Positions 12,998 through 26,879 of a stretch of DNA of 64,000 bases are shown in pieces; the first letter of the stretch is position 1, and each line of letters starts with the position of its first letter. The notes below the pieces were generated by a model that was not told where the DNA came from, did not search any database, and saw nothing but the letters and a program-made list of their open reading frames with translations. The DNA comes from Alloascoidea hylecoeti (Eukaryota): assembly GCA_001600815.1 (NCBI GenBank), contig BCKZ01000022.1:214982-278981 (forward strand). The letters run 5' to 3'. Both the position numbers and the translations under genes were made by a program.

Positions 12998-15850
12998 TTG
13001 AAATATAGATTGAAATACTATTAGTTAAATCGAGATAGTAAAGACAATGAGGAAACTCCTTCTCTTATATAGAAATTATTTATAAACATCTACGTTTATT
13101 CGTAAACTTGGATAGTACATGAAAATTTATTTATTGTAGCGATAATTTCCCAGTATCATAATTGCTAGCTAGTGACATACCCAATCAGTTTATTTTGCGT
13201 GTTATATGACATTTTGTTGGAAGGATATTTGAAATCTATGCATATGTTGAATTATTTCGGAAGTGTAATGCTTCCGTCTCGCCGTTTGAGTTCCCCTGCT
13301 TAGGATGTGCATGCATATAAGAAACGGAAAACTTAAATGTCAATATATTAATATTAATACTGATCAATAATTTTTGTCAGCGTTGCTAATTAAAGCCATT
13401 AAAACCACCAATCGTATATTTAGTTTTTAAAATTTCGGCTCCATAGTTATAATAATTATAAGCTCTTTTTCGATTGCGTCAACACGGTTCAAAAGCGTTA
13501 ATTATTTCCACGGCTAAGAAATTAAATACTCTCCCGGAATTGTTATATTTTTGTCTTCCGGTGCCGAAACAAAGGAGATGAGCCATGTTAATAATTCTCG
13601 TTATTGCGAAATATATTATATTATACGTATACTATATCAAGTAAACATTAATAAGCCATATATGATTATGCCTTGCAATTGTTCACCCTGAATTGCAAAT
13701 ATTCTCAAATGCATATGGCGAAGCTTCAATTTTTTAAACGTTAATTAGTAAATCTGCTCATTATAATTACTCGTTCAAGATAAATCATTCTGGCAAATTT
13801 CTCTTAAGAATAAAAAATGATTTATGATTATATCTTTTTTTTTACTAAACTAGTACTTATAATGTGGTAAGACCCAATTTCAATTGCAATCAAGGAAAAA
13901 AGATATTAATCGTATCGGGAAAGAACGAGATAAGATATGTGTTTTACGTAATTATAATTATCTAAAACGTTTCATTAAAAAAAAGTATTAATGCTATAGC
14001 TATAACTAAGACAATGACTCATAGTAGGATAGATAGATTATGAGATGAGACTGCCTCAATGGATAAGCTCTTCAAAAGTATTTTGTTGATTTCATTTTAA
14101 ATAGCAACTAAATTTAAATCAATTTGGGCTCTAGATTGCTACATGTGTCAACACTTTTTAGCTCGAGATGAATTTAGTATTTTCATAATATCGATCCTAA
14201 GATTGATGATATTTAAGATTTGGAACATAAGATAATTTCAAATGAAGAAGAATTTTAGATCTACGTGGGGCCCAGATCATGAAAATGATTTTAGTTGTTG
14301 ATACTTAACGAACGATACATAAGGATCTAGATCAATAAGTGAAACAAAATTAAAAGCGATAAAAGGAGTTTATTTCGCAAACTGCCAGCTTAGAAAAAAT
14401 GAGAATATATTAGAGCTCAAGCAAGGCTTGGATTTTCTTAACTAAACTTGGTCAGATCGGAAAAAATATTTTTAATATGGTATAAGTTTAAGGAAGACCA
14501 CATTATCTAAAATTACTACTTATTTGTACCAATAATAAATAAAGTCAAATACTGGCTAATTAACATTACGATGATGGGGAGTCGCCTTTTGCGATCCCGT
14601 TGTAATAATCAGACGTAAAAGCGCAGGTATTTTTACGGTTAAGTACCTCTGCCTATACACTATAAGCTGCTTATTATGGGCCTAAGGCATATTACTTTTC
14701 TCCATCATGATGATGGCAAATTTCCCAATTAATATTAGAATTTTTAAACTTGTTCTAATACATGTATAACCAGTTGCTCCAATATTGGTGTGAGCATCGA
14801 CCCTAAAATCGGAATCGGGATCCATATAATGCTTCTTCTAAGTTTTCCGTAACGCCATGGTAAATAACTAAATTAACCATATACAAAGTTAAACTGATAT
14901 ATTGTACCCAAAATCTGTGTATGCATATGCAAGATGAAGTTATGTGCATTTAAAAATGTGAATCAGACATGGTACGGCTAGTTTTATGGTTAGCTCGGAA
15001 GTTTGGGAAGCCAGCATTTGATAGAGTGGTAAGTTGTAAGTTGTAACTGTTCAGTGTTCATGCGAGAATATTAATAATAGAAATCCATATAAAGATTATA
15101 AAAACTTCCTTTCATCTGTAAAATATATTCCAAATGCATAAATCTACAAGCTTATAATTAAGGGTCTTATAGCCACACCATGTTCATACACTCTTTTTCT
15201 TTTAAATACCCATTAATTGTGAAGTAGCACATATACTTACTACTTATTAATAAGTTACTACTTCAGCTGAAAATTTTTGTTATTAAGTTATAACTAGAAT
15301 TAGGGTTTTTCATCGTGACCAGGTTAATTATATGGCTTATATGCAATTAGTTATGATTCCTTTGTGTGAAAAATTAAAGAAGTTTTCTTGTGTAATATAT
15401 ATTTATATTTTATTAACCAAAGCCCCTGCAAAAGTATTTTTTTAAAAATATTTATTTAACGGTTGTTGATTAATATTGTAATTGTGACATGGCGATTGCT
15501 TCAAAATTTTATATATATATTTTGAAAAAATCTTGCATAAGTGTCATTTAGAGTTTATGTAGTGTAGGTTCCTTTAGGTATCTGAAGATAAAATACACCT
15601 CCAAAACATGTGACAAGTAAGACTTTACTAGCTGTTAACCAGCCATCACTCACTATAATGCCAAGAGTAAACCTTAATTCAGAGTATTACAAGGACAATT
15701 GAGGAATTTAATGGGGATTTCTGTTTCTCGGAATATGGGGCAGTGGCACATTCAGGAAATGGTGAAGAGTGGCTGCGCTATAGATAGTTCACAAATTCAC
15801 AATTACTTTTGATCATTGATGAATATACCCAGATACGGATTGATTCAACT

Positions 15851-16080
15851 TTACTCATGTTTAAATATGTACCAATAACAGCATAAGTGTTTTCCTGTTT
15901 CAAAGGAAACCCCACTTCTTAGCCTCGTCAGGTATTTCACTCTTGTAAATATTGAATTCGTAGATAATTGTAAGAAATAAATGACAGGCTTGTTGATTTT
16001 CCCTACAAATACATTAGAGATATCACAAGTTCTTGATGTTTTTTGAGCCGATGGACTTGCAGTTTTCTGATGCAAACCTA
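15851..16080 (-). mobile_element. Decayed Ty1/copia-like reverse transcriptase fragment
   Basis: Peptide TCDISNVFVGKINKPVIYFLQ resembles copia RT QxDxxxAFLxxxLxxxIY. Shares the 24-nt match AAAACATCAAGAACTTGTGATATC with 19438-19461 in opposite orientation. Confidence 0.35.
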
Positions 16081-18589
16081 ATCAATGATTTACCTGCAAA
16101 GATGAAAAAGTCTTCGGTAGGATGTGTAAGGATTCTATACCAGGGTATCAGACTTTGAATAGGTAATAGATATCCAAAAGGATCACCAGAGTTTACAACT
16201 ATAAGTCTCTAAGTAAATGAACACTAACTTAGTATAAAGTTACAAAACAATTCGCTGTATAAATATTATAATAATAATTTTTATTAAAACTAAAATATTC
16301 TTAAAACTAATATTCATACCCCACCGGTCATGGGGAGTTAATCGCTAAATCTTGGCTTTTGAGATTTTTACAACTTCTTCATACAAGGTGTTTAACTGAC
16401 GTAACCGCAATCGTTGCAAGATCGTTGCAGCTGCGAGAAGAGTTGCTATAGTGGAGCGTCTAAATATTCTGATCTTCCAATTGATAATCTGTAGAAAATT
16501 ATTAGAAATACATTAAAAAAAATTGAAAATTTTTTGAAAAGTGTGTCTTGAAATTTGTTTTTTCTTAGGTCTAGGAGTGCCCATACATGCTTCGTAAATT
16601 TCTAGGTTTAATTTAGGAAAGGGACTGAGTAGGATGTATCCGGAAGTAGAAAAATTGTAACGACTTTATTTAAAAACATTATTTTACATTCTTTTATACC
16701 AACAAGCATTAATTTATTCTTTTTAATATTTTTTTTGCAAAAATATCAATTTTTTTTCCTCTTCAATCTCAGTCTTAAATTCCTTTTTTTCATCAGCTTT
16801 CAGTTTAGAAATTGATAGATCATTTGTTTTCATCTTTTGAGCCAAATAGAACTTCTTGAGCTATAGTACCAGCATTAGAAGAAAGTTTATTTTTCCTCTC
16901 CAGATGGACCTTTGGAACTGACGGATTATTGAACTTAACTTAATTTTGGAAATGGAGGTTTGATTTGCACATCTAAACACAATGTAGTATTTGATGAGAT
17001 TGGATCTGCAATTCATGTGTCAAGTTTTCTGATTTTAATGCGTATGTGGAGTTTATAGAAAGTCCTGGATTTGTTCACGTGGAGTCAAAGTCTTATTTAA
17101 GGGAGATCATAATTGTAGAAATAATACCATCGATCCCTTTGCTACGAAAGCAAAGCCCTTGGGTTAACATCACACCCATTAATTAGTTGCTCGATTCTGT
17201 TATGTATAAGCCTATAATCCAATTTTTTTATATTAAGCAGATCCCCACCGGTGTCTAGAAGTATATTAGCTGATCATGAGTTTAAAGATAAAGAGGGTTC
17301 ATAACCACACGATAACTGGATATGGATTTTGTGTCCTTCAACATACACAGTGATTTTACAATTAGAACATTCAAAATCTACAATTGCAAAAAATGGAGAA
17401 TACATATAAAACTGATTAAAATTTAAAAGAATTACTAGTGGATACAATTAGAGGGATCAATGAGAAATATTAGTCTTTTCCTTTTAACTCCCACTAATCT
17501 TTACGTAGTTTATATAGTTTCATTTAATTGTGTAATGCAATAATATCTGTTCTAGAAAATAAAAGTAATCTCATTTAATCAATTATAACTTTACGGGAAT
17601 ATCTCGCGTTTATATATAAAACTTACATGTACACGTATGCCGGTATACAAGTTTTATATGGTAGAGCCACTCATTACTCATTAGTATCCCATAAAATTAC
17701 TCCATAGTAGTTTGCATCCTATTATTTTGTAATATTAATATCTATGATACGATGTTCTTCTTGTTAGCTTCCTTTACCTATATAAAGCTATACCGCTTCT
17801 TCGTTTTTATCATCATCATCTTCCTATCTTTCCAGCGATCCGTTCACATCTTTACTTTATCACTGTTCTAGAAACTTATTGAAATACAAATCTGATGGAG
17901 TTAAATTCTTGTTATAGTTTCCAACTCTAATAAGAAAGACTCAAATTCATATATGGTTCTTTTCAGATTATTATTATTATTTTTCCATTTAAATATGGTT
18001 CTGTTATTGATAAAATTTGATACATAATGTATGCACATATATTTCAGCATATCAAAAGATCAGGCAGAAATTATAAGATGATCAAATATGTGTATTTAAA
18101 CATAGTGGGTTACTCCATTTACAGGTTTATTATATGGAATTTTATACATGTATAACTTATTTGAACTCAAAATAATTATGATTTTATGTTGTATGAGTAA
18201 CATTTTTTCTAATGGATATTCGCTGAAAAATTAAAACTTTTTTTTAGAATTCATCAAAACCATTTATTGTCTATATAAAATGTAAATCTATTTAGTGGAA
18301 CACAGGACCTTTTTTCCCCATGAAGACGCAGCTATATTCTCCCCATAATTCACCATTATGATTTAATTAATATCAAGAATGAGTACAATCTTGGAAACAC
18401 CCTCACACATGCGTGAAATCTAGGAGATGATACATTCAGATTTTCCAGTGGATTGAGTGCTTTGCCTGGCTCTTGAATGTCTATGAAGTAAGCGCCGATG
18501 AGTAGCCTTCTCATCAGAAATTGAATATTCTTCCACAAAACCAAACCAACTACTTCATATTGGACACTTGGAGGACTAATTATTCGGAC

Positions 18590-18960
18590 ACATGTCAGCT
18601 ATCTGGGTAGTAGTGGGTACATATTACCTAGCCAGCACGGCGTAAATTTTTGATAGTTGATAGAAGTACCTCTAGATCTTATGTGTGCGTGTTTCCACTT
18701 GCCCGGTTGTTATTCCACCCACCCTACGTTTTAATATTAAATGTATGATCTTCTTAAAAGACTGAACCAATAATCTATTTTTATCACCTCAAGTAAATTA
18801 TTAACCGAATGGAAAAGATGATGTGTTCTTTTCCAGCAACCACCAACTGCAAATCATTAAGCTGTAAGATGTCAGGCTGATCATGAATCTACCAGTTGCA
18901 GTTATGATATGGAGTATTCCAACTTCTAATGATAATAAACTATGACAATTGTTTACACGC
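18590..18960 (-). mobile_element. Decayed Ty1/copia fragment (integrase-like piece plus RNase H end)
   Basis: Minus-strand reading TRTHKI*RYFY...*YVPTTTQIADM matches the copia RNase H terminus (RTKHIxxRY...YVPTxxQxAD). 18810-18930 is similar to 20400-20525. Confidence 0.5.
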
Positions 18961-19329
18961 CAATATTATGAGCTGAATTATAATATAAGCCTGAAAATAC
19001 ACAAACAAAAAACAGAAACACAAATACAACGTTAATATTGGCCCCACATTTTGAATTAATAATTCGGCCACGTGATGTAATAATATTCGACCTATTATCT
19101 AACTTAATTTCGGCAACCTTACATTAAATATTCGGTCACTTTTACGTCTAGCAAAACATGATCACTGGTAATTCAAACTCTTAAAATGTGTTAAAAAAAG
19201 TTATTCTCACTCAGAATGTTTTCCTTATCCTGCAGCTAGTTAAAGACAACCCACGGTTGTAATTTTATATCTAAAACCAGATGTGATATATTTTTTACCC
19301 AAGGCTAGCGAAAATATTTTGTACTTTAT

Positions 19330-19520
19330 AACAATAAAATCATTTTGGTATACCGGTAAGTGATTTCAACTTTTTAGGTAAAACTCCTGAGTTGCTTAAT
19401 GCAAGTATCGATATATTTTTTCAATAGCTCGAAGCAGAAAACATCAAGAACTTGTGATATCTTCGGAAAAATACATAAATCTATCGTGTGTTACTTACAG
19501 GAATCTATTAAATTTATATT
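19330..19520 (+). mobile_element. Decayed Ty1/copia-like RT fragment (paralogue of 15851-16080)
   Basis: Reads RYIFSIA...KTSRTCDIFGKIHKSIVCYLQ across a frameshift; nucleotide similarity to the reverse complement of about 15960-16045. Confidence 0.3.
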
Positions 19521-20199
19521 TTTATGCGATCCATAATAATCTAAGACGATGAGGGCTCATTCACCATCTTTTTTTTTTTTTTTTTTTAGGAAGCGGTTTT
19601 TAATCCACCCAATAATCGAATCAACTTTTCCTTTCTTCGTCTCTGAGATCTTTAGAATATGAATTCTGGACATTTTTTGAAATATGAATAATCATGGAGG
19701 GTTTAATAATTTACTAATAAGTACTAAAAACCCATGAGATTGACACATCAAGCGCACGTAATAAGTTCGCTTCGAGGAGGGATCAACTGAGGAATAGACG
19801 GAAATTTCCACGGAACAAACAGTTTTGGACTTCCCGAGATTCCCAAAAATACAAGACTTATTACAAGTTGTACAACCTGTGTCTGACTCTCTAAGTCTGT
19901 CTTCCCCCATTGTAAATATTGCATGGTTTATATTTGTATTTTGCCACAAAATAACTTCAGTCATTTGAATTTTGAACCAACTATCCATGTTTATTCCTCG
20001 TCAAAAATCGATAAGGATTAATATCATGAGGCAGCTTACAAACGAGCTCATAAATGTCTATCTAAAAAGGCTGTGACCTATTGATTTCTCACGTAATACG
20101 GTAATATGCTTATTCATTGTTATTGATAACTGTTAACATTTAGAAATTCCTAAACTTAAATTATCTTATCTTATTTACTATCATCTAATTTATATCCAA

Positions 20200-20640
20200 A
20201 TATCCAAATAAGATTTCCAATTTCTGTTGAAATTTGTTCTTACTGCTTATTTTTAACTATTTTCGAATTTATCTTTGGCCATGACTTTAATGTCACAAAC
20301 ATCAGACAACGTTAACTGTTGACTGAGGTAGATTGGAATAGAGTGAAACTCTTATAAATTAATCTATTTTGAAGTTTGAACCCCCATGTAAATCATTAAC
20401 AAAAGGAAAATGATGTGTTATCCACAAGCAGCCAATTGCGAATCTGTATCCTACGCCTTAATCTGCTTATCATTAATGTGTGCGCCGTGTGCGGTTGCAG
20501 ATATGATCTGGGGTATTCCAATTTCCGAGTTCCAACTACTGTCAAATTGTGGTCAATATTGTTAATTAAATATGTACTGTGTATATTTATAAGCGTGAAA
20601 ATGGTCAATTGTAATCATATAATTCTTTACAATTGAAGAT
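20200..20640 (-). mobile_element. Decayed Ty1/copia-like integrase fragment
   Basis: NYMITIDHFHAY...EIGIPQIISAT with stops; nucleotide similarity to 18810-18930 (GTTGCAGWTATGATMTGGRGTATTCCAA). Confidence 0.35.
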
Positions 20641-20862
20641 TTGATAGCCTTGTTAGTTGGCTATAAAGCTCGAGCGAGCACTTGGAATATTAATAGATAA
20701 CATGAATTCATAAGTTTATATTGATACTATAAGTATATAGCTATGTGCAATTGGTCTATAATAATCCGTAACAAGATAATGTTGAGTGGTTCACCCATGA
20801 GATATCGATTGCTATTGAATCAATCAACCCTCTAATTGTAATAAATATTGAAAATTCTAAAA

Positions 20863-21660
20863 TCATTTTGCATGTCTTGAACCAAATATAGTACTACCAA
20901 TCCTAACATTAGTAGAACCCATTTTAATAGCATCTTCATAATCAGAACTCATTCCCATACTTAATTCCAATGGTTTTGATAAATTTAATTCATTATTTAA
21001 AAAATTAGATAATTCAACTAAATTTTTAAAATCTTTATTTTCAATTTCTTTTTCATTATCATTATCATTTAAATGTTTTGATTGTTCAATTGAGCCAATT
21101 GTCATTAAACCTTTTAAATTTAATGTATTTGAACAATCATTTATAATAAATTTTGATAAATTTAAAATATCATTTTTTGAATTATAATCAATACCATTTT
21201 TATTTATTTCATTACTTGTATTAATTTGTATAAAAACATTTAATTTTGAAGATCTTTTCGAATCATCTTTTAAATTATTTAATAAATTATTTAATTTATT
21301 TGCTTTTTTAATACTATCTAAAGTTTCAATTGTATCAAGATTTTTAATAGTTATTAAATCTTTAATTTTATTAGATTGTAATGATCCAATGAAATGCCAT
21401 TTGATATCTTTTGGTAATTGTTTATATTTTAAAATCAATTCTTGAACATAATTTTCACCAAAATTTCTTTGATTATCATTTTCATATAATGAAATTATAT
21501 CTTCTATTGGTTTATATTTTGAAACTGCTAGTAAATTAACAGGTTTTGAAGATGATATTGTAGAAATTTGATCTCGAACTAATTTTATATTATTTGATAA
21601 TTGTAAAGATCTTTCAGGTGTTGGTTTTGGACCTGTATAAGAAAAAGAATCAGATGACAT
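20863..21660 (-). CDS. Pyridoxal phosphate homeostasis protein (YggS/PROSC/PLPBP, YBL036C-like)
   Basis: LLAVSKYKP (PLP lysine), FGENYVQEL, WHFIGSLQSNK, GLMTIG, LSMGMSSD and VRIGSTIFG motifs. Likely ATG at 21660 (MSSDSF); the upstream part of the ORF track is non-ATG and promoter-like. Confidence 0.95.
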   Translation of the reverse strand: MSSDSFSYTGPKPTPERSLQLSNNIKLVRDQISTISSSKPVNLLAVSKYKPIEDIISLYENDNQRNFGENYVQELILKYKQLPKDIKWHFIGSLQSNKIKDLITIKNLDTIETLDSIKKANKLNNLLNNLKDDSKRSSKLNVFIQINTSNEINKNGIDYNSKNDILNLSKFIINDCSNTLNLKGLMTIGSIEQSKHLNDNDNEKEIENKDFKNLVELSNFLNNELNLSKPLELSMGMSSDYEDAIKMGSTNVRIGSTIFGSRHAK

Positions 21661-22423
21661 GTTTTTTGATGAATTAAAAAGTGACAAGTAAAAAGTAACA
21701 AGTGAAAAGTAAAAGAATAAAATTTGAAAATAAAATTTCGACCTGAAACACCCGTACCCACACGCTAAATTCAAAGTTTTAAACAAAGTTTTAATATTTA
21801 ATGTCAAGTGGTCTAATTAATAATTTAACTTATGGGCGAAGATGTATGCAAAGGTGGGCAAATATTTAGGGTAATAATTGGTCAATATTTACACAAAGTA
21901 CTGTATAGCAATCTCATTATAGCAACTCTACAGTTGTCTAAATCACCATCAATATCAACGTTAATCATAATAAATATTACTAATTTAAAGAAAAGGCCTT
22001 TGAGATCACTTATCGATTTAATTCCTAAGATATTATATGAGAATGAAGATGAAGATGAAGATGATGCTTCTAATTCTGATTCCCCAAACCCAACGTGTAT
22101 AGATCTAGATACAAAAACTTCAAATAATTTTTATATCGATGAATATATATATTCAATCAACAGTTATAAAGAATCCATGTTCTAAGAGTTTTAGATTGTG
22201 GATCATGTTATTCTTGATAGAAGATGTTACCACCATGCATGTGGGAAAAGGGAAATAACTACGTATTGGGCGATTTCAGCGAACTTTTTGCAGTGGCGGA
22301 AAGGCAAAATGTCACAGAATGCCCACCTGGGGTGCTGGAAACCCAGCCCCGGGAGGGTAGCTCGACAAAGTTATTTCGGTTACGTTGGGGTGCAAACAAG
22401 CTTCCGATTCATATGCACTCCCT

Positions 22424-22560
22424 CTTGGCACCTGCCCCAGATAGGCAATTCTACTGCCATGCATGCTCTTGGCGTCTCCCTTGGGCCCTGCGTAATCCTG
22501 GACACGGGTGCGTACACGACATCCCAAGACAAATGCTTGGCATCTTGGCCAGAATATAAA
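22424..22560 (+). promoter_or_regulatory. Cluster of four PacC/Rim101 sites (GCCAAG on minus strand) plus TATA upstream of RIM101
   Basis: CTTGGC at 22424, 22468, 22536 and 22544; TATAAA at 22555-22560; ATG at 22604. Confidence 0.7.
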
Positions 22561-22603
22561 ATTAGCCCTTTTGGCTGTTTTTCTTCTTTTTGTTAATTTA
22601 AAC

Positions 22604-24376
22604 ATGTCTAATAAAGCTTCGGAAGGTTCTGTTTCTACTTCTCCAATGTCCTCTCCTCCGACTTCGGTTTCAAACTCTCCACAGTCTGTACTTCACGATC
22701 ATGATAACGAACACGAACACGAACATGAACATGACAATCCCGATGATGATAATATCGATAATGATGAAGTTGAAATCTTAACATGTAAATGGAATAAATG
22801 TGGTCAAAAATTCTCAACTGCTGATAAACTATATGCTCATTTATGTAACTCTCATGTTGGTAGAAAATCAACAAATAATTTACAATTAAATTGTAATTGG
22901 GAAAAATGTAATATTAAAACAGTTAAAAGAGATCATATCACTTCACATATAAGAGTTCATGTACCATTAAAACCATATAAGTGTGATGTTTGTACAAAAC
23001 GTTTTAAAAGACCACAAGATTTAAAAAAACATTTAAAAACTCATGCTGATGAATCTGTTTTATTTAATCCTTCAGATTCTTTAGATCCTCAACATCAGTT
23101 ACAACATCAATTACAACAACAACAACAACAGCAACAACAACATATTTATCAAAATAATAATTTAACAAATAATTCTCAATCAAGGTATACTTTAGGTGCT
23201 GCTTATTATGAATTTCCTCAACCACAAATGGCTGCTTATGCATCAAATACAATGATTGCCTTTGATCCAAGATATCAAATGGCTTCTTTAACTCAATATC
23301 CTTTGATTTATCAACCACAAACAATTCAAACAACAAATCCAAATTTTACACAATTATTACCTCAACAATATATCTCACAACAACCTCCAGCGGTTCAATA
23401 TATTGATCCACAACCTGATTATACTAATGGTTTAAAAAGAAAACAAGATATGATTACCGCTTTTTATCATGATATTAAAAGAACAAAATCTGCTCCTCAA
23501 TATACTCCTGATATGGCTACTAGATTAGCTAATCTAGAAGCATTATTAGATGTTACACCGAATGGAATTAATCATAATAATCATAGTACAACTCCATCTT
23601 TTTCATCATCTGCTTCTATTCCTGCTTCAAATTCTTCTTCAATATCATCTACAAAATCATCACATCATGATTTATTAGAAGCTGATAAATTCTTTTCTAC
23701 ATTATCTTCAAATATGGAAAATAATAATGCTAATCCTAATAAATCTCCATTATCAACTACCCCCACCACAACAAGAATGCCAATTATTGATTCAACTATT
23801 ACATTACCACAAATTAAACCAATAACACCAATAAATTTAAAACCAATAAATTCAACAACACCAACTCATTTACCTTTACCTACAACATCATTATATCCAG
23901 TTTTAAATCCAAATGATGTTATTAATAATACTAATAATAATGGTATTAATGGTAATAAAATTCAACAATCTCAACCTTCTTCATATCCGTTAACTACACC
24001 TATTCATCATCAACATTTACAACCAATGTTAACTACAATGTATCCACAAGTTGGTAGTAGATATGATTCTTCAGATTCAAATCATCGTTTCTATTATAGT
24101 TTATCTAAAACATCCACATCTAATGATAATGCTAAAGAAGAAGATGAATTAATATCTGGGTTTGAAACTTTGAAGATAAATGCTGACAATAATACTATTG
24201 ATGAAATTAATAGACATAGAGTAACAGTTGAGACTGCAAGGTTAATAATTGCATCGTTGTTGTCTAAATTCTCAAATGAAGAGAATGCAGGAATTGAAGT
24301 TAAGAAAGAAGAGGACAGGATTTATGAATCTAAGAAAGAAGGTACTAAATCATTATATCCTACAATAGTTTTTTAA
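22604..24376 (+). CDS. RIM101: pH-response C2H2 transcription factor Rim101/PacC
   Basis: Three C2H2 fingers with diagnostic [27 protein letters not shown] and [10 protein letters not shown]; YPxL/I motifs (LYPVL, LYPTI) typical of Rim20/PalA binding; polyQ tract. ATG at 22604. Confidence 0.96.
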   Translation: MSNKASEGSVSTSPMSSPPTSVSNSPQSVLHDHDNEHEHEHEHDNPDDDNIDNDEVEILTCKWNKCGQKFSTADKLYAHLCNSHVGRKSTNNLQLNCNWEKCNIKTVKRDHITSHIRVHVPLKPYKCDVCTKRFKRPQDLKKHLKTHADESVLFNPSDSLDPQHQLQHQLQQQQQQQQQHIYQNNNLTNNSQSRYTLGAAYYEFPQPQMAAYASNTMIAFDPRYQMASLTQYPLIYQPQTIQTTNPNFTQLLPQQYISQQPPAVQYIDPQPDYTNGLKRKQDMITAFYHDIKRTKSAPQYTPDMATRLANLEALLDVTPNGINHNNHSTTPSFSSSASIPASNSSSISSTKSSHHDLLEADKFFSTLSSNMENNNANPNKSPLSTTPTTTRMPIIDSTITLPQIKPITPINLKPINSTTPTHLPLPTTSLYPVLNPNDVINNTNNNGINGNKIQQSQPSSYPLTTPIHHQHLQPMLTTMYPQVGSRYDSSDSNHRFYYSLSKTSTSNDNAKEEDELISGFETLKINADNNTIDEINRHRVTVETARLIIASLLSKFSNEENAGIEVKKEEDRIYESKKEGTKSLYPTIVF

Positions 24377-24913
24377 GAAGAACTATATATAATTACTATT
24401 TTGTGTTTTATGTTTTATGGTTTTTACTTACTGTTTATGTTTATGTTTATGTTTGTTTGTTTATTTATTTAAAGGAATTCGAATGTAGTAAATAGGATAT
24501 GATAGCAAAATTTAAAGTACAATATATCTGTGCATGTGCATCAGTCAGACAACAATTACAACTGAAACAAGCTTATGTGTTATTTTAAATATTTCGGCTT
24601 TCAATGGGCCAGATTAGTCATTTCAGACCAAAATTAATCATCTCAAGATTCTTATTAGCACTCTTTTCTTATAAACATTCCTTTTTAAAATATTTATTTG
24701 TTTATCATCAACGTGTCTTGGACCCCCCATTTTTTAATTTTTGATTCTATTTATATCGCATTTTTTTTTGACTTGGTTTGACATCAGGAAATATTTAATT
24801 TAAATTCAAGCATAATATTTTTGTTTGAATTTAAATTCTTACGAAAAGTTTAATTTTTAATAATTTACCCAAATATCACATTTCTATTCCAAATTTATAC
24901 TTCTGTTTAAAAA

Positions 24914-26120
24914 ATGAGAGGTATGAAAAGCAAAAATATGTTTAATCCTTCAAACCTACTAACGACTTTTTTTTTAAATAGAGTATAAACTAGTCGTTTT
25001 GGGAGCTGGAGGTGTTGGCAAATCTTGTTTAACAGGTAAGCTCTTTAAGTTCGTGGTTGATATTTTGACCCCTTTCAAAAAAATTTATCAACATTCAATA
25101 ACAATATGTTAACACGAGAATTTATAAATATTTAGTTCAGTTCGTCCAAGATGTTTTCGTTAATGCTTATGACCCAACTATTGAAGATTCTTATAGGAAA
25201 CAGATTGAAGTTGATGGAAGATTATGTGATTTGGAAATATTAGATACTGCTGGTGTTGCTCAGTTTACTGCAATGAGGTAAATATAAACAATAATAATAA
25301 TCATTTTCATAATTTATTCTATCTTACTATTTTACTAATATCTTATATTTGTTATAGAGAATTATATATTAAAAGTGGGAAAGGTTTTTTATTAGTTTAT
25401 AGTGTAACAGATCCAGCATCACTTCAAGAATTATTATCATTACGTGAAAAAATTATTCAAATTAAAAATTCTTTAAATATACCAATGGTATTAATTGGCA
25501 ATAAATGTGATTTAACTAAAGAAAGACTAATTAAACCAGAAAATGGAATTCAATTATCACAAGAATGGGGGAAAATTCCATTTTATGAAACTTCTGCAAT
25601 GAATAAAATTAATGTTGATGAAGCTTTTATTGATGTTGTTAGACAAATTATGAGAAGAGATTCTGAAATTGCAATTTCTATGAATTCTCCAATTTCATCT
25701 GATTTTAATAATAGTAATAATGGTAGTATTAATAATACAATTCCTAATAATGTTAGTAATGCTAGTCAACAATTACAACAACAACAACAACAACAGCAAA
25801 TTTCAAGTCAACAATTACATCAATTAAATGAAGAAGATGAAGAAGATATACAACAACAAGAAAAACCACAACGTAAAGATACTGAAAATTCAATTATTAA
25901 AACAGTCAATGAACAAAAAACTTTGAATCCATCAAATAAAAATACAACCGATAAAAATTCACAACAACAACAAAGTGAACCAATTTCTAACTCAAATAAG
26001 GCTAATACTGGTACTAGTTCTACAAAAGCTACGCCAATAAATCCAAAAACTGAAGCAAAGAAAGCAAAGAAATCGAAAAAGAAAGGTAAAAAACATAGAC
26101 ATCATTGTATCATTGTTTAA
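24914..26120 (+). CDS. RSR1: Rap-like small GTPase Rsr1/Bud1, 4 exons
   Basis: Exons 24914-24920, 24982-25035, 25136-25277 and 25358-26120 give [52 protein letters not shown], a polybasic stretch and CAAX (CIIV). Introns are GT..AG with branch-like motifs. Confidence 0.95.
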
Positions 26121-26879
26121 AATTTAAAAAACTTTACTATAATTCACTGAATTCACTATCTTGAATAATAACAAAGTTAAATTGCATAAACTTAAAAAAA
26201 ACCACCATAAAAACTTCATAAAAAAAGACACCCAAAATAAAAACAGCATATTAATTATAATTAAATTAATCTTTTTTTGTTCTTATTTTATCATTTACCT
26301 ATCAATCAATCAATCATAATTAAATTCATCTTTTTATTAAAAAAACAAAAATTTTAAATTCATTTTAACGTTATCTCAGAATACAAATAACGCGTCTTAT
26401 TTTTATAATATTACCATATTTTACATTTAAAAAAAATCCAAATGTATTCGTTCTGTCGAATTCAATTGTTATTAATTAACAGAGACTTTTTTTAAAAAAT
26501 TAAAATTCATTAATGTTTTTTTTTTTATAGTTATTTTTATGTGTTTATTTTTACTTATTTTTATCCAAGTTTTACTAATAACTGTTAAAAGATATTTTTA
26601 TTAAAATTATATAATTTTTATAAATAAATATAAATATTTATCAAGAAAAACAGCAAGTATACTTGAGATATTATAATTGTAATGATGCTTTTTAAAGTAA
26701 AATTGAACAGCTTTTTATGAATGGTTGAGTTTGGACTCTGGTGTATGGAATCTGATAACAACGGCGCGCATATATGCACCATAAGAATTACAAAAACAAC
26801 AACATCTCTTAAAATTTAACAAAATTATTTCATATTTTTATAAATTTTACACATTTTTTGTAAGATACAATAGAATCTT

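Noticed and set aside
16340..17150. Coding-like fragments on the minus strand
   Set aside because: Multiple stops and no motif I could assign to a family.
21832..22185. 117-aa ORF with an acidic EDEDED stretch between YggS and RIM101
   Set aside because: No recognisable domain; lies in a divergent promoter region; cannot be supported without expression data.
22198..22605. Overlapping ORFs of 97-132 aa upstream of RIM101 and the GTG-extended RIM101 start at 22508
   Set aside because: Expected in a GC-rich promoter island; TATA at 22555 and ATG at 22604 define a better start.
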